Shown here piece by piece: positions 27,524-37,702 of a stretch of DNA of 64,000 nucleotides; position 1 is the stretch's first letter; every line of letters starts with the position of its first letter. The stretch spans positions 1-64,000 of IMG/VR virus record IMGVR_UViG_3300042367_000228; one strand, given 5' to 3'. Under the pieces are notes generated by a model that saw only the letters and a list, made by a program, of their open reading frames with translations, ran no database searches and was not told where the DNA came from. The translations under genes were made by a program, and so were the position numbers.

Positions 27524-28198
27524 TTAGCCTTCGCCAGCTGACACAACAGTTGCGTTTTGACCAGCCACCCTAGCACCGGCAGGATCATCAAATGGTATAA
27601 TACCACCACCAAGTGTCTGAACGCAGTTATCAGCTTGAATTGATAAATCAACTGTCATGCCTGTACCTGCATCTGAATATTGTAATTGTCCGTATGTAGA
27701 CGAAATTACATAACAACCAACACATTCCCATGATTCCAAAATGTTAACAGAACTATCTTCATCAGTAAAGTTGCCAGCGTTGCCGCCGTCTAACATATCA
27801 ATTCTCATTGAGAATTTATAGTCACCTGCAGCTGCAGCTGAACTTTGTTCAAAGAAATCAAATTGTTTTTGATTTTGCTCACCGATCAATTTGTTTACTA
27901 CACCAGTAGCATCATCACGTATTTTAATAGAGATTGGATCCCAATTAGGTTTACCTGCATAATGAATTGTACTGTTATATACTTCAATTTTTTGATCAGT
28001 AAATTTTACAGTGGGACGATTTGCTTCAACAATCTGTTTAGTTAATTGTGTAGTATCTGACCCTTCTCCGCCAAGACCAAAATCTGTAAAAATCACTCTA
28101 AAGCGATATTTTAATTTTGGCATTAACATACCTTCATTACCACCTCCAAGAGGTGGTACTGAGAAATTGTTTAAACTTGCAACTCCGGTTGTAGCCAT
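27524..28198 (-). CDS. gp19: Tail tube protein (gp19-like)
   Basis: MPKLKYRFRV, YAGKPNWDPISIKIRDD; directly after the sheath gene. Confidence 0.85.
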   Translation of the reverse strand: MATTGVASLNNFSVPPLGGGNEGMLMPKLKYRFRVIFTDFGLGGEGSDTTQLTKQIVEANRPTVKFTDQKIEVYNSTIHYAGKPNWDPISIKIRDDATGVVNKLIGEQNQKQFDFFEQSSAAAAGDYKFSMRIDMLDGGNAGNFTDEDSSVNILESWECVGCYVISSTYGQLQYSDAGTGMTVDLSIQADNCVQTLGGGIIPFDDPAGARVAGQNATVVSAGEG

Positions 28199-28209
28199 TT
28201 ATATTCTCC

Positions 28210-31200
28210 TTATCCTAAGCCTTTAATTTCACCAGTGTTTTTCAAACGCAGTGGGATATAAATAAATTCTACTGCCTTCATTGGCTCAATTGCAATATCG
28301 ACCCATAGTTCGCTACGATCGATTCTATCTGCAGTGTTATTTTGACTATCACATTGAACGAGGTAATCGTTTATAGCACGTTTTGCAACTAAATCAACAA
28401 AAATTGATTCAATGGCGTGTTTAACTTGATTACGTGTAGCAGTATCATTTGGTTCAAATAAGTACGGTCTAGTTGCTTTATCAAGTTGTCTACGCAAATA
28501 AACTACCAAACGTGCAACGTTAATACGATCTAATGACGATGCTACTGGAGAACGTGTATATTGTCCAAAGTTAACAATGCCTTGTCCGTCAAGATAAGTA
28601 ATTGGATTAACTTTAATTTCTGCTAATGTATCACGTAACCCGCTATTTAACGATACAGTTTGATATTTACCAGTGCTTGTAACATATCCAGTTGAGTCAA
28701 TATTAGTAATACTTCCTCTGTTTGTACCAGCAGGTGCAAACCATGGATAAGTTTTTTGATCGTTTAATGCAATAGTACGCAACATCATATGTGTTGGAGG
28801 AAGTACTACATTAAGTCCTTTATTGTCACTTGCCATACCCCATGGGTAGAAAAATGCAACATATGGATCTGCAGTTACTAATCCGTCATCGTTGTCTTCT
28901 GTTGCTAAATTAGCATTATGACCCCAGTTGTTAATATCAGTTGCGTTTGTAGCTAAACGTGCTGGAGTATCAGCAAGTACAAATGCAGTAATACCACGAT
29001 CGTAGTTTAAAATTCTTAATTCACCTACTAACTCTGGATAACCAGGAGCTGCAAGTAAATTGAATACACGTTGTTCTGTTTCACGAACTTGTTGATTAGT
29101 GTTAACTAATGCTTGTAATGATTGAATAACAACTTTACGTTGTGCTTTACGACCGAATGCACCAACACCATTTCCGTGGTTAGCAGACTCAGTTACCCAA
29201 CGAGATGTTACATAGCCGTTTGATGTATTCATTAATTCATCATTATGTCTCACGTTACGAGCTAACGGATTAACATAATTTTTATGATATTTTTTAACAT
29301 TAAATCCACTTCTACGTAAATTCCATAACAACATACCTTTTGGATATAATGCAGGATTTGGTGCATCAAAATCAACAAAGTTTGCTGCTTCGTTTAATGT
29401 TGCTGCTTCTTCAGAAGTTACATCAGAACTAGAAACAAATCCACCTAGCATATCAGTAAGTGAACCGATTGTGTCACCACCGTTAGTACTCCATCTTGCA
29501 TCAGCAAAAATAATACCATTTTCAGTAGTGTGATCAGTTGCATCGATCAGTTCCCATTGTTTATCAAAATCTACATATCTGTAAATTTTTGGATAATTTT
29601 CAAGATCTGAAGTGTTAATCCAGATGTCACCTTCGGCTAATACACTACCGTCGGATTGTAACTTCGGTTTAGTTGGAGTAATAAATGGACCTGTTGAATT
29701 TACAGGAATATCACCGTATACGTAATTACGGAATGCTACCCATTTAGTTCCGTCATTAACCATAAGATCAACTTCTTCAACTTTAGAATCATACCACAAT
29801 TGGCCTTCTGCAGGACCTGCAGTAGGTTCCGAATCCGACGGTGTAATAAATGACGATGTTTTATCAGTTGTAAATTCAGTCCAGAAAGAACCCAAATATC
29901 TGTAATATGTTGTAGGAGTTCCACTTACTAATACAGATTCAGTACCAGCTGGGTGATCGTAGAAGTTAGCAGTAGGATTAGCACCTGTTGTACTAAACAA
30001 TTTAGTAACAATACCATTAGCCGGTTGTGATAATTCAATTTCACCACCTGTAGCATGAACGATAGCAAGTTTAGTTGTACCTACAGCAACCGCATGAACA
30101 TTAGTGGTATCAGGAGTGTTGTTAATTGCTTCTAAAATTTTATCAATAATTGTTACAACAGTATCATTAGATGTGATCGCAGGTACAGAAACAGTTCTTG
30201 AAACTAAAGTATCTGAGCCAGCTACGCTTTCTTTTAAAATAAAAGATGTTGCGCTGCTTATGAATGTACTTTTTTTAATTTCAGCTGATTCAAGACGTGT
30301 AGCAGTTGTAGCACTACGACGGTATAATTTAAAGGTTGCAGCAGTAGTAGCAAGTTCGGCATCATTTGTTTTAGCATAAATTGTATTACCTGCAATGTTT
30401 AAACCGCCGCCTGTTGAATCTAAACCGTTTAATGCGCTTGCATTATTTGGATAAACTGAAACAGTTTGTGGTAACCATGTTTTAGCAGCTGAACTATATT
30501 TGCTAACAAGTAAATCAATACCTTTGTTAATTGATGTAGTTTTAATCCAAATTGATCCAGTTGGATAATTAGCTGTTCTAGTTTTAAAATCAGGAACTGA
30601 TGTGTGTTTTGAAATTTGCAATTTAGGTGCATAGTACACTGAACCACTAGAAGTACCAGTATTATCTAAACGGAAACCTAATGAAGATGCAGTAGTTGTT
30701 GATGTACCTGCTAAATCAATATCTACCCCTGTTGAATACAAATTAATTTTATTATTAATTAATTGTGCAGTAATTTCAGCATTAATTGTTGAATTATTGT
30801 TAATTGCAGCTACTAAACCAGCTAATGAATCCATAGTCGGTGAACCAGTAAATACTTGTCCATTAATATGAAGTTCATCAGCAGCAGATAAATCAGTGCT
30901 ATCGATTGTTTTTGTACTAGCAACAGTAGGACGACTTGCTTTCCAACTAGCTGAACCAACCTCAACCCATTTTGCAGCTACTGAATTAACACCTGGCTTT
31001 TTATACCATAATTTCATAAGGCTTGAAACAGCAACGATTGCATACGAGCCTGAAGCTCCAATACTCGCTTTTGGTTGTGTAACACTGTTAACTACTTCGG
31101 TTAATGATGTATCAGTAATTACAGTTGGTACTTTGTTAATGAATGTTTGTCCAGTTGCGGTTGATCTGTTACCTGATGATGGATTTCCGTCCCATTCAAA

Positions 31201-31641
31201 AATACCCCATTTTGAACTTGAAGTATCTAACCAAAATGAACCATCTTCTGGAATGCCATCTGGAATAACAGGTGTACCGTCTAATTGTGCTAAGTCAACG
31301 CTTGCACGCGCAACATACGCACGATTTGAAACACCTAAATAACTGTATGCGGCTTGTAATCCATATTCATTTTGTTCATGAGCATGTTGTGCATTATTAC
31401 TAGCATCAGTTTTGAAAATAGGTGTGCCAAATGTATCTAATAAATCTTTTTGACCAGTAAGTAAGTAAACTTTACCGTCGTTTTCTGCTAATGTTCCTGG
31501 AGCAATTCCTGTTCCAGCATCTGTTAATTTGTTTGAAGCAGAGGCAACAAAAATTAAAGGTATTGTACCAGCGGGTGCCGACGTATATGCACTTTCATCA
31601 GTAATCGAAACGCTTACCCCTGGTGAACTAAGTTGAGCCAT
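28210..31641 (-). CDS. gp18: Tail sheath protein (gp18-like), enlarged
   Basis: SPGVSVSITDES start, WFAPAGTNRG, RINVARL, FEPND, IEPMKAVEFIYI end; TATAAATA at 31675-31682. Confidence 0.93.
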   Translation of the reverse strand: MAQLSSPGVSVSITDESAYTSAPAGTIPLIFVASASNKLTDAGTGIAPGTLAENDGKVYLLTGQKDLLDTFGTPIFKTDASNNAQHAHEQNEYGLQAAYSYLGVSNRAYVARASVDLAQLDGTPVIPDGIPEDGSFWLDTSSSKWGIFEWDGNPSSGNRSTATGQTFINKVPTVITDTSLTEVVNSVTQPKASIGASGSYAIVAVSSLMKLWYKKPGVNSVAAKWVEVGSASWKASRPTVASTKTIDSTDLSAADELHINGQVFTGSPTMDSLAGLVAAINNNSTINAEITAQLINNKINLYSTGVDIDLAGTSTTTASSLGFRLDNTGTSSGSVYYAPKLQISKHTSVPDFKTRTANYPTGSIWIKTTSINKGIDLLVSKYSSAAKTWLPQTVSVYPNNASALNGLDSTGGGLNIAGNTIYAKTNDAELATTAATFKLYRRSATTATRLESAEIKKSTFISSATSFILKESVAGSDTLVSRTVSVPAITSNDTVVTIIDKILEAINNTPDTTNVHAVAVGTTKLAIVHATGGEIELSQPANGIVTKLFSTTGANPTANFYDHPAGTESVLVSGTPTTYYRYLGSFWTEFTTDKTSSFITPSDSEPTAGPAEGQLWYDSKVEEVDLMVNDGTKWVAFRNYVYGDIPVNSTGPFITPTKPKLQSDGSVLAEGDIWINTSDLENYPKIYRYVDFDKQWELIDATDHTTENGIIFADARWSTNGGDTIGSLTDMLGGFVSSSDVTSEEAATLNEAANFVDFDAPNPALYPKGMLLWNLRRSGFNVKKYHKNYVNPLARNVRHNDELMNTSNGYVTSRWVTESANHGNGVGAFGRKAQRKVVIQSLQALVNTNQQVRETEQRVFNLLAAPGYPELVGELRILNYDRGITAFVLADTPARLATNATDINNWGHNANLATEDNDDGLVTADPYVAFFYPWGMASDNKGLNVVLPPTHMMLRTIALNDQKTYPWFAPAGTNRGSITNIDSTGYVTSTGKYQTVSLNSGLRDTLAEIKVNPITYLDGQGIVNFGQYTRSPVASSLDRINVARLVVYLRRQLDKATRPYLFEPNDTATRNQVKHAIESIFVDLVAKRAINDYLVQCDSQNNTADRIDRSELWVDIAIEPMKAVEFIYIPLRLKNTGEIKGLG

Positions 31642-31703
31642 AATTATAATCTCCATATATACAAGTTCTAACTGTATTTATAGGAAATTGTATTTTTATG
31701 GCA

Positions 31704-32321
31704 TTATATATTAACTATTTCAGTTACTTTTGCGTATAATGCATCAAGTGTGCTATTATTTTCTATCGTATAATCAACTTCTAAACTATACCATGCCCAC
31801 TCGCTTTCATGAATTCCTGACTCTTTTAACATTAAAATATCTTCAATATTACCAGCCAATGCACCGGCAACATGAATATGCCATTCTGGTTCCGGTCCTC
31901 GTTTTATACGAATAATTTTGCCGCCGGCATTCTTAATCGCAGTAAATTCATTTGGGAATCTGCAATCACTTATTACTACATCAGTTGTTATGTTTTTTAA
32001 CTTATATTCTAAACTAGCAATCCAAATATCGTCATGGAAACTTCTTCTGCAAACTTCAGTACCCCAGAGTTGTAAAATTAATCTTGGTGTTAAGTTTGGC
32101 ATATTTAATTTATCTGCCCACCATTGATCAACTTGTTCGCGCCATTCTCTCGATTCTTTAGTTTTGCCTTCGAGTAATTCTCTGTCCCATCCAAATACTG
32201 CAGCAACTGCATCTTTTAATGTACCTGCAAAACTTTCACGCTTAAAACCGTGATATGTTTCTAAATAGTCTGCAACAGTGTCTTTACCTTCACCTATATT
32301 TCCTACAATGCCAAAAATCAT
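31704..32321 (-). CDS. Deoxynucleoside monophosphate kinase (T4 gp1-like)
   Basis: GNIGEGKDT P-loop, FAGTLK, PRLILQLWGTE, DCRFPNE. Confidence 0.9.
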   Translation of the reverse strand: MIFGIVGNIGEGKDTVADYLETYHGFKRESFAGTLKDAVAAVFGWDRELLEGKTKESREWREQVDQWWADKLNMPNLTPRLILQLWGTEVCRRSFHDDIWIASLEYKLKNITTDVVISDCRFPNEFTAIKNAGGKIIRIKRGPEPEWHIHVAGALAGNIEDILMLKESGIHESEWAWYSLEVDYTIENNSTLDALYAKVTEIVNI

Positions 32322-32341
32322 GTTATTCTCCTAAAAAAAGC

Positions 32342-32370
32342 ATTATACGCTCTTTATAGTCAAATGTCAA
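32342..32370 (-). promoter_or_regulatory. Consensus sigma70 promoter for dNMP kinase
   Basis: Minus strand TTGACA-17 nt-TATAAT, GGAG SD downstream. Confidence 0.88.
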
Positions 32371-32371
32371 A

Positions 32372-33142
32372 TTAACCTATAATAAACGTTAGGCCAGTTC
32401 CGCCAGCAACGTAAGTTTTGAGTTCTTTGTCAAGTGCAATAAGTTCTTCTTTACCTGCAGATTTCATATCATTACCATTTAGTGTAATGCCGCCACTCGG
32501 GCCTGCAATTGTCGAAAATAGACTACGTGCTTCGCCTAACATAATTTTACAAGTAGCAAGCGTGTAATCACGTAACCATTGTTTAGCATAGATGTCAGTT
32601 AACAACACAAAATCAGGACGATAGTTATGCGATTTAATTAAAATCTGTTCGCCTTGTGCAAAAGGACGTTGTAAAATTGTTAATACATGACTAGTAGGCT
32701 TCCATTTAAATTCAATGTAACTACCAAACATTTTACCAACTAATTTTTGATAACCTGCAAACAGTTCATACGTTGCAAGTCCGCCCATCATACTACCACT
32801 CATCATATATGTGTTAGTATAAGCTAAGTTAAATGGCTCAAATAATGTACCACCTGCACCTATACCAGAACGTGAACCGATTGCACGTCTAAATACACTT
32901 TGTACTTCTATAATTTCATCAGGTAATCTGTACTCGTTTTGATCTTGTATTAATTCTAAAAAGCTATAGCTTTCTTCTACAGCATTTGGACTGCGTTGTC
33001 TAAATCTAGTTAATGCTCTATCCAATGCAGTTTCGTAATGAATTGGGTCTAAATCTATAGTGATCATGCCATCGCCAAGCATTGCTTTAACGTATTCAAA
33101 TACTTTATTTCTTTCTATCAATGAGGTTGTTTCGTCAGACAT
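32372..33142 (-). CDS. gp13: Neck protein (gp13-like)
   Basis: AMLGDGMITIDLD..HYETALDRAL; WLRDYTLATCKIMLGEARS; GITLNG. Confidence 0.8.
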   Translation of the reverse strand: MSDETTSLIERNKVFEYVKAMLGDGMITIDLDPIHYETALDRALTRFRQRSPNAVEESYSFLELIQDQNEYRLPDEIIEVQSVFRRAIGSRSGIGAGGTLFEPFNLAYTNTYMMSGSMMGGLATYELFAGYQKLVGKMFGSYIEFKWKPTSHVLTILQRPFAQGEQILIKSHNYRPDFVLLTDIYAKQWLRDYTLATCKIMLGEARSLFSTIAGPSGGITLNGNDMKSAGKEELIALDKELKTYVAGGTGLTFIIG

Positions 33143-33157
33143 AATAGTTCTCCTACT

Positions 33158-33179
33158 ATATTTATCTTACGATAAATAT
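33158..33179. promoter_or_regulatory. Back-to-back late promoters forming an inverted repeat
   Basis: ATATTTATC-TTAC-GATAAATAT between divergent gp13 and gp14, one ATAAATA per strand. Confidence 0.8.
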
Positions 33180-33196
33180 GATAAAGGAGAAGAACG

Positions 33197-34630
33197 TTGC
33201 CCAGATTAAGTTTATATACCCCAGAAAAAGGAAATAATTATAGATTCATTGATCGTCAAATATCATTGATGTTCCAAGTTGGCTGTACAGATGTGCATGT
33301 TCATAAATATGCAGGACCAAAAAATCCACTAGAAGGAACTGCTGATCAACCGATATATGATGTAATTAAAGAAACAAATATTCAAGATTTATTATTTTTA
33401 GAAAATCGTGATCGTAAATATGAAGAAGAAATATACCGTGTTCGCGGGCATTATCAACTTCAAAACCTTAATTTTAATCTAAGCCAATTTGGTTTGTTTA
33501 TTGATAACGACACTGTATTCATGACTGTACATATTAATGATATGATTACTACATTAGGTCGTAAACCGATTGCAGGTGATGTTATGGAATTACCTCATTT
33601 AAAAGATGATTTTGCATTAAATGATTTAGATCTAAGTATGCCGCGCTTTTTTGTTGTTGAAGAAGTAGATCGTCCTAGTGAAGGTTACAGTGCTACTTGG
33701 TATCCACATTTGTATAGGTTAAAACTTAAAAAACTTACAGACAGTCAGCAATATTCTGACATACTTGACAAACCTGCCGGAGAAGATACATCATATGCGT
33801 TACGTGAATTATTAAGCACACGTACTAAAGAACTTGAAATTACTGATGCAATCGTAAGACAAGCTGAATTAGATGCGCCAATGAGCGGTTTTGAAACTAG
33901 ACAATTTTATACGTTAGCAATTGATGAAATAACCGGTGATAAGATTTTAATGACAGTAGATTCTGATAGCATCGATACAAGTTATAGTAGTCAAACAATT
34001 AACGGTTTGTCAAATATTAATGTTAGTAGTGTTAACGCAGTACCATTAAGAACAGGATATACAGGTTATTTGTTTGGTGACGGATATCCACCAAATGGCT
34101 ATGTGTTTGGTACAGGAATTCGTTTTCCGCAAAATGCAGCAGAGAATGATTTTTATTTAAGAATTGATTTCTTACCAAATAGGTTATTTAAATTTAACGG
34201 ACACCGATGGTTAAAAGTTGAAGATAATGTGCGAATGACTATGACAAATACTGATAATAGACAAACATTAAAAACTGGATTTATTAACAATAGCAAGTTT
34301 ATGTATACCGAAGAGCTCGCAGTTGATTATGTAAGAGTAGCAGTCGGTGATTACATATTTAATACAGAATTTATATATCCAACAGATGCGTTATACCTTG
34401 TTCTTAAGTTCTCGACTACACGATTAGAGTTTGTAATTGCAGATAATCCGACATTATTTGAACCGTATACAGTTGATGGAGTTAATAAAATACGAGTAAC
34501 ATTACCAATAGTAGATGATTCGCAAATCACTATTCCATTTGCTGGAGCATGGCGAGTTATGTTGTTTAACCATCGAGAAGCAGAGCGCCAAGGAATATCA
34601 AAAGCACTCAAACCAAAAGCAGATTTGTAA
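33197..34630 (+). CDS. Neck protein (gp14-like) with C-terminal extension
   Basis: TTG start with GGAG SD; followed by a gp15-like gene; similarity judged by context and N-terminal pattern. Confidence 0.65.
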   Translation: MPRLSLYTPEKGNNYRFIDRQISLMFQVGCTDVHVHKYAGPKNPLEGTADQPIYDVIKETNIQDLLFLENRDRKYEEEIYRVRGHYQLQNLNFNLSQFGLFIDNDTVFMTVHINDMITTLGRKPIAGDVMELPHLKDDFALNDLDLSMPRFFVVEEVDRPSEGYSATWYPHLYRLKLKKLTDSQQYSDILDKPAGEDTSYALRELLSTRTKELEITDAIVRQAELDAPMSGFETRQFYTLAIDEITGDKILMTVDSDSIDTSYSSQTINGLSNINVSSVNAVPLRTGYTGYLFGDGYPPNGYVFGTGIRFPQNAAENDFYLRIDFLPNRLFKFNGHRWLKVEDNVRMTMTNTDNRQTLKTGFINNSKFMYTEELAVDYVRVAVGDYIFNTEFIYPTDALYLVLKFSTTRLEFVIADNPTLFEPYTVDGVNKIRVTLPIVDDSQITIPFAGAWRVMLFNHREAERQGISKALKPKADL

Positions 34631-34666
34631 AAATATACTGCAATAAATAATGGAATAGGAGAACAC

Positions 34667-36130
34667 ATGCAACATTTTTATGACGGTGCCATAAGACGGT
34701 ACGTTACTCAAACAATACGAGTTTTTAGTAGTTTTACTGTTAGATATAGCGACGGAACACTACATCGCGTCCCGGCGTCATATGGTGATAGTGATAGACA
34801 AGCTGCAACGATTGTTAGACAAAATTCAGAAAACACACTAAATTCTATACCAAAAATTAGTGTATACATTCATGCAATTGAGTTAGATCGTGAACGTATT
34901 CAAGATCCAACATTTGTTAGTAAAAAACAATATAGAGAACGAGAAATTGTAGATGGTGAGTATACTAGCAATCTAGGCAGAAATTATACAGTAGAAAAAA
35001 TCATGCCAACTCCATTTAAATTAACTATGAAAGTTGATATATGGACTGCAAATACCGATCAAAAATTGCAGATTATGGAGCAAATCTTTATTCTCTTTAA
35101 TCCTAGTTTGGAAATACAAACAACTGACAATTATATCGATTGGACTAGTATTTCTGTATTATATTTAGATGCAATTGCATGGTCAAGTAAAGCAGTGCCA
35201 GTCGGTAATGATACACCAATCGATATTGGTACATTAACATTAGTTGCTCCGATATGGATTAGTCCGCCTGTAAAAGTTAAACAAATGGGTATTATTAGAA
35301 AAATTATTACAAATATTCATGATGCATATTCACCAGAAATAACAGGGTTCGGAACTGATACTTTTGTTCCAGACACTGCAATTTCAACGCTAATGCAAGG
35401 TGTAGTTACAGTCATTGAAGATTATACTATCGAAGTACTTAATAATCAAATTACGTTATTAGATTCTCATAACGGTGCAGTTTCAAACGATTTGTCATTT
35501 GATATGCCAGAACGTATAAACAAAGAAATATCATGGGATTTATTGTTAGACATGTTCCCAAATAAATTTATTTCAGGTATTGCAAGAATATTTTTAATGC
35601 AAATAGATGGAACAGAAATAAACGGAACAGTATCAAGAGATCCACTAAATGATGCAGTTTTAACTGTTAATTGGGATCGTGATACTATTAGTCCTAATAC
35701 AGGAATTAATAGTGTTGGTTTTTTTGATTTTGATCCAAGATATGATGCAGGACCAAATTATAGACCAAACAGTCCTGGAACAGTCGATGCAATTATTAAT
35801 CCTCTTACATTTAATCCAACAGATCATACTGTGTTTCAAGGATTACGATTCTTGTTAACAGAAGATATCGGTGATATTAATAATACTGAAGGACCGATCG
35901 GGTGGAAGGGGAATCAAGGACAAGACTTAGTTGCTCACGCTAACGACATCATTGAATGGGACGGCAATAAATGGAATGTGATTTTTAGTTCAGTTAATGA
36001 AAAAGATGTTATAATTTGGCAAACTAATACATATTCTGATTCCGGAATACAATACATGTGGAACGGTGTAGCATGGGTTAAAAGCTTTGAAGGTATATAT
36101 AAGGTAGGAAAATGGCGATTAGAAATGTAA
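34667..36130 (+). CDS. gp15: Tail sheath terminator (gp15-like) with C-terminal extension
   Basis: HFYDGAIRRY, RVPASYG, PTPFKLTMKVDIW, QKLQIMEQI...FNP; ATAAATA at 34643-34649. Confidence 0.82.
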   Translation: MQHFYDGAIRRYVTQTIRVFSSFTVRYSDGTLHRVPASYGDSDRQAATIVRQNSENTLNSIPKISVYIHAIELDRERIQDPTFVSKKQYREREIVDGEYTSNLGRNYTVEKIMPTPFKLTMKVDIWTANTDQKLQIMEQIFILFNPSLEIQTTDNYIDWTSISVLYLDAIAWSSKAVPVGNDTPIDIGTLTLVAPIWISPPVKVKQMGIIRKIITNIHDAYSPEITGFGTDTFVPDTAISTLMQGVVTVIEDYTIEVLNNQITLLDSHNGAVSNDLSFDMPERINKEISWDLLLDMFPNKFISGIARIFLMQIDGTEINGTVSRDPLNDAVLTVNWDRDTISPNTGINSVGFFDFDPRYDAGPNYRPNSPGTVDAIINPLTFNPTDHTVFQGLRFLLTEDIGDINNTEGPIGWKGNQGQDLVAHANDIIEWDGNKWNVIFSSVNEKDVIIWQTNTYSDSGIQYMWNGVAWVKSFEGIYKVGKWRLEM

Positions 36131-36561
36131 CAGAACAAGTAATATGTAGCGGGGCGTTAATGTATTCGCAAGCTACTCACAGGTTTCTGTTAATTCAAAA
36201 ATCCTCAGGTAAACATCAAGGTACCTGGGGATTAGTTGGCGGAACTAACTTAGCTAATGAAAATCCATGGCAAGGTCTTACTAGAGAAATAGAAGAAGAA
36301 ATTGGGTTTCTTCCAGTCATTAAAAAAACACTACCATTAGAAAAGTTCGTATCTAATGATAGTGTCTTTAATTTTCACACATATTTCTGTTTAGTAGAAA
36401 ATGAATTTGTACCAACGCTAAGTGATGAGCATATTGCATGGGGTTGGTTTAGTTTAGTTGCACTTCCAAAACCAATACATCGTGGGTTAAATCTTAGTCT
36501 GCGTAATAAAATTATTCAAACTAAGATTCAAACTGTTATCGATATTATTGATAGTTTATAA
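36112..36561 (+). CDS. Nudix hydrolase
   Basis: Complete Nudix box G-x5-E-x7-REIEEEIG. Confidence 0.93.
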   Translation: MAIRNVTEQVICSGALMYSQATHRFLLIQKSSGKHQGTWGLVGGTNLANENPWQGLTREIEEEIGFLPVIKKTLPLEKFVSNDSVFNFHTYFCLVENEFVPTLSDEHIAWGWFSLVALPKPIHRGLNLSLRNKIIQTKIQTVIDIIDSL

Positions 36562-36954
36562 CCCTAATACTGCGTCTAATTCTTCATGAGTAGTTGCTGC
36601 AGAAATTGCAGCAATTTTTGTAGTTAAATCCGCTTTTGCTTGTTCAATTTGGGGGAGATTAACTGGTTCGTCTGAATGTATCCAGCGTTGAGTAATACTA
36701 GATACTTGAATCATACATTGCTGTTTAGCATTTGATATTTCAGATCCTTTTCGTTCTTCAAGTAGTAGATCTAAAATAAGATATGTAATTTCAACCGGAT
36801 TTGATAATAAATTATATTGAGGAACTGCAATTTGATTTGTTCTAACAATAGGTTTAGGTTCTAATTCTATTGCATCTCTCCATACTATTTCGTCTTGTTT
36901 CCATAAATTTATAGCACCGGTAGAGTTAACGTTTATTTTGTACATAGTTGCCAT
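36556..36954 (-). CDS. Probable tail-fibre assembly/accessory protein
   Basis: C-terminal ISAATTHEELDAV typical of fibre chaperones; last gene of the fibre operon. Confidence 0.55.
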   Translation of the reverse strand: MATMYKINVNSTGAINLWKQDEIVWRDAIELEPKPIVRTNQIAVPQYNLLSNPVEITYLILDLLLEERKGSEISNAKQQCMIQVSSITQRWIHSDEPVNLPQIEQAKADLTTKIAAISAATTHEELDAVLGL

Positions 36955-36964
36955 TTAATTTTCC

Positions 36965-37702
36965 TTATAATGTAAATGTAATAGTAACGTACCCGCCACT
37001 GGGCACTGTTATTGATATAGGTGTTGTGCTATAAGACGGTACTGATGTTCCTAAAGTTGTAGGTATTGCAGTTGCGGCGCCGCCGTACCCGCCCGGTATT
37101 GCTACACCAAATACGTTAGTTGCTGCGCCTACATTTGCTGTAGCTGCATTTATCCCTGAAGTCCCAGCTACATAGTTCCCAGTTACATAGTTCCCAGGAG
37201 TATATGATGCTGGAACATTACCTATACCAGCACCAGTACCAGATTGTGCAAATATAAATGGACTAGGTGGTAGGGGTCCTGTAGAAGGACCTGAATATGA
37301 TGCGGGAAAATAACCTGAATACGGGGGTGACCAATAAACCCCAGGATACAGATTATTATAAGTTACGTTAAAGTTTACTGCGCTTGAATATTGGTACCAC
37401 GCTCCGGGAACTCCTGCAGTAGTACCGTAAGCCGGTGATGGCGAATAAGTGGTTACCATATACCCGATCACTACTCCAGCTAATGCAGGTTGATAATACC
37501 CTGCATTAGTATACCCTGCATTAGTATATGAATTATCATACGGATTGCCGGGAGTAGATGTTCCAGTTCCGCCCTTTCCAGTTACATATACTTTTTGTTT
37601 GCCATATCTTGGATTATAATTTCCAGTTGCGTTTAATGTTACTGGCGACATGTCGGCTGGAGTCAGTTCTTTTATCATTCTACTAAAAAACTTACCAATC
37701 AT
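36965..37702 (-). CDS. Gly/Tyr/Pro/Thr-rich virion accessory protein
   Basis: Low-complexity ORF with short internal repeats (NAGY, GNYV). Confidence 0.65.
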   Translation of the reverse strand: MIGKFFSRMIKELTPADMSPVTLNATGNYNPRYGKQKVYVTGKGGTGTSTPGNPYDNSYTNAGYTNAGYYQPALAGVVIGYMVTTYSPSPAYGTTAGVPGAWYQYSSAVNFNVTYNNLYPGVYWSPPYSGYFPASYSGPSTGPLPPSPFIFAQSGTGAGIGNVPASYTPGNYVTGNYVAGTSGINAATANVGAATNVFGVAIPGGYGGAATAIPTTLGTSVPSYSTTPISITVPSGGYVTITFTL

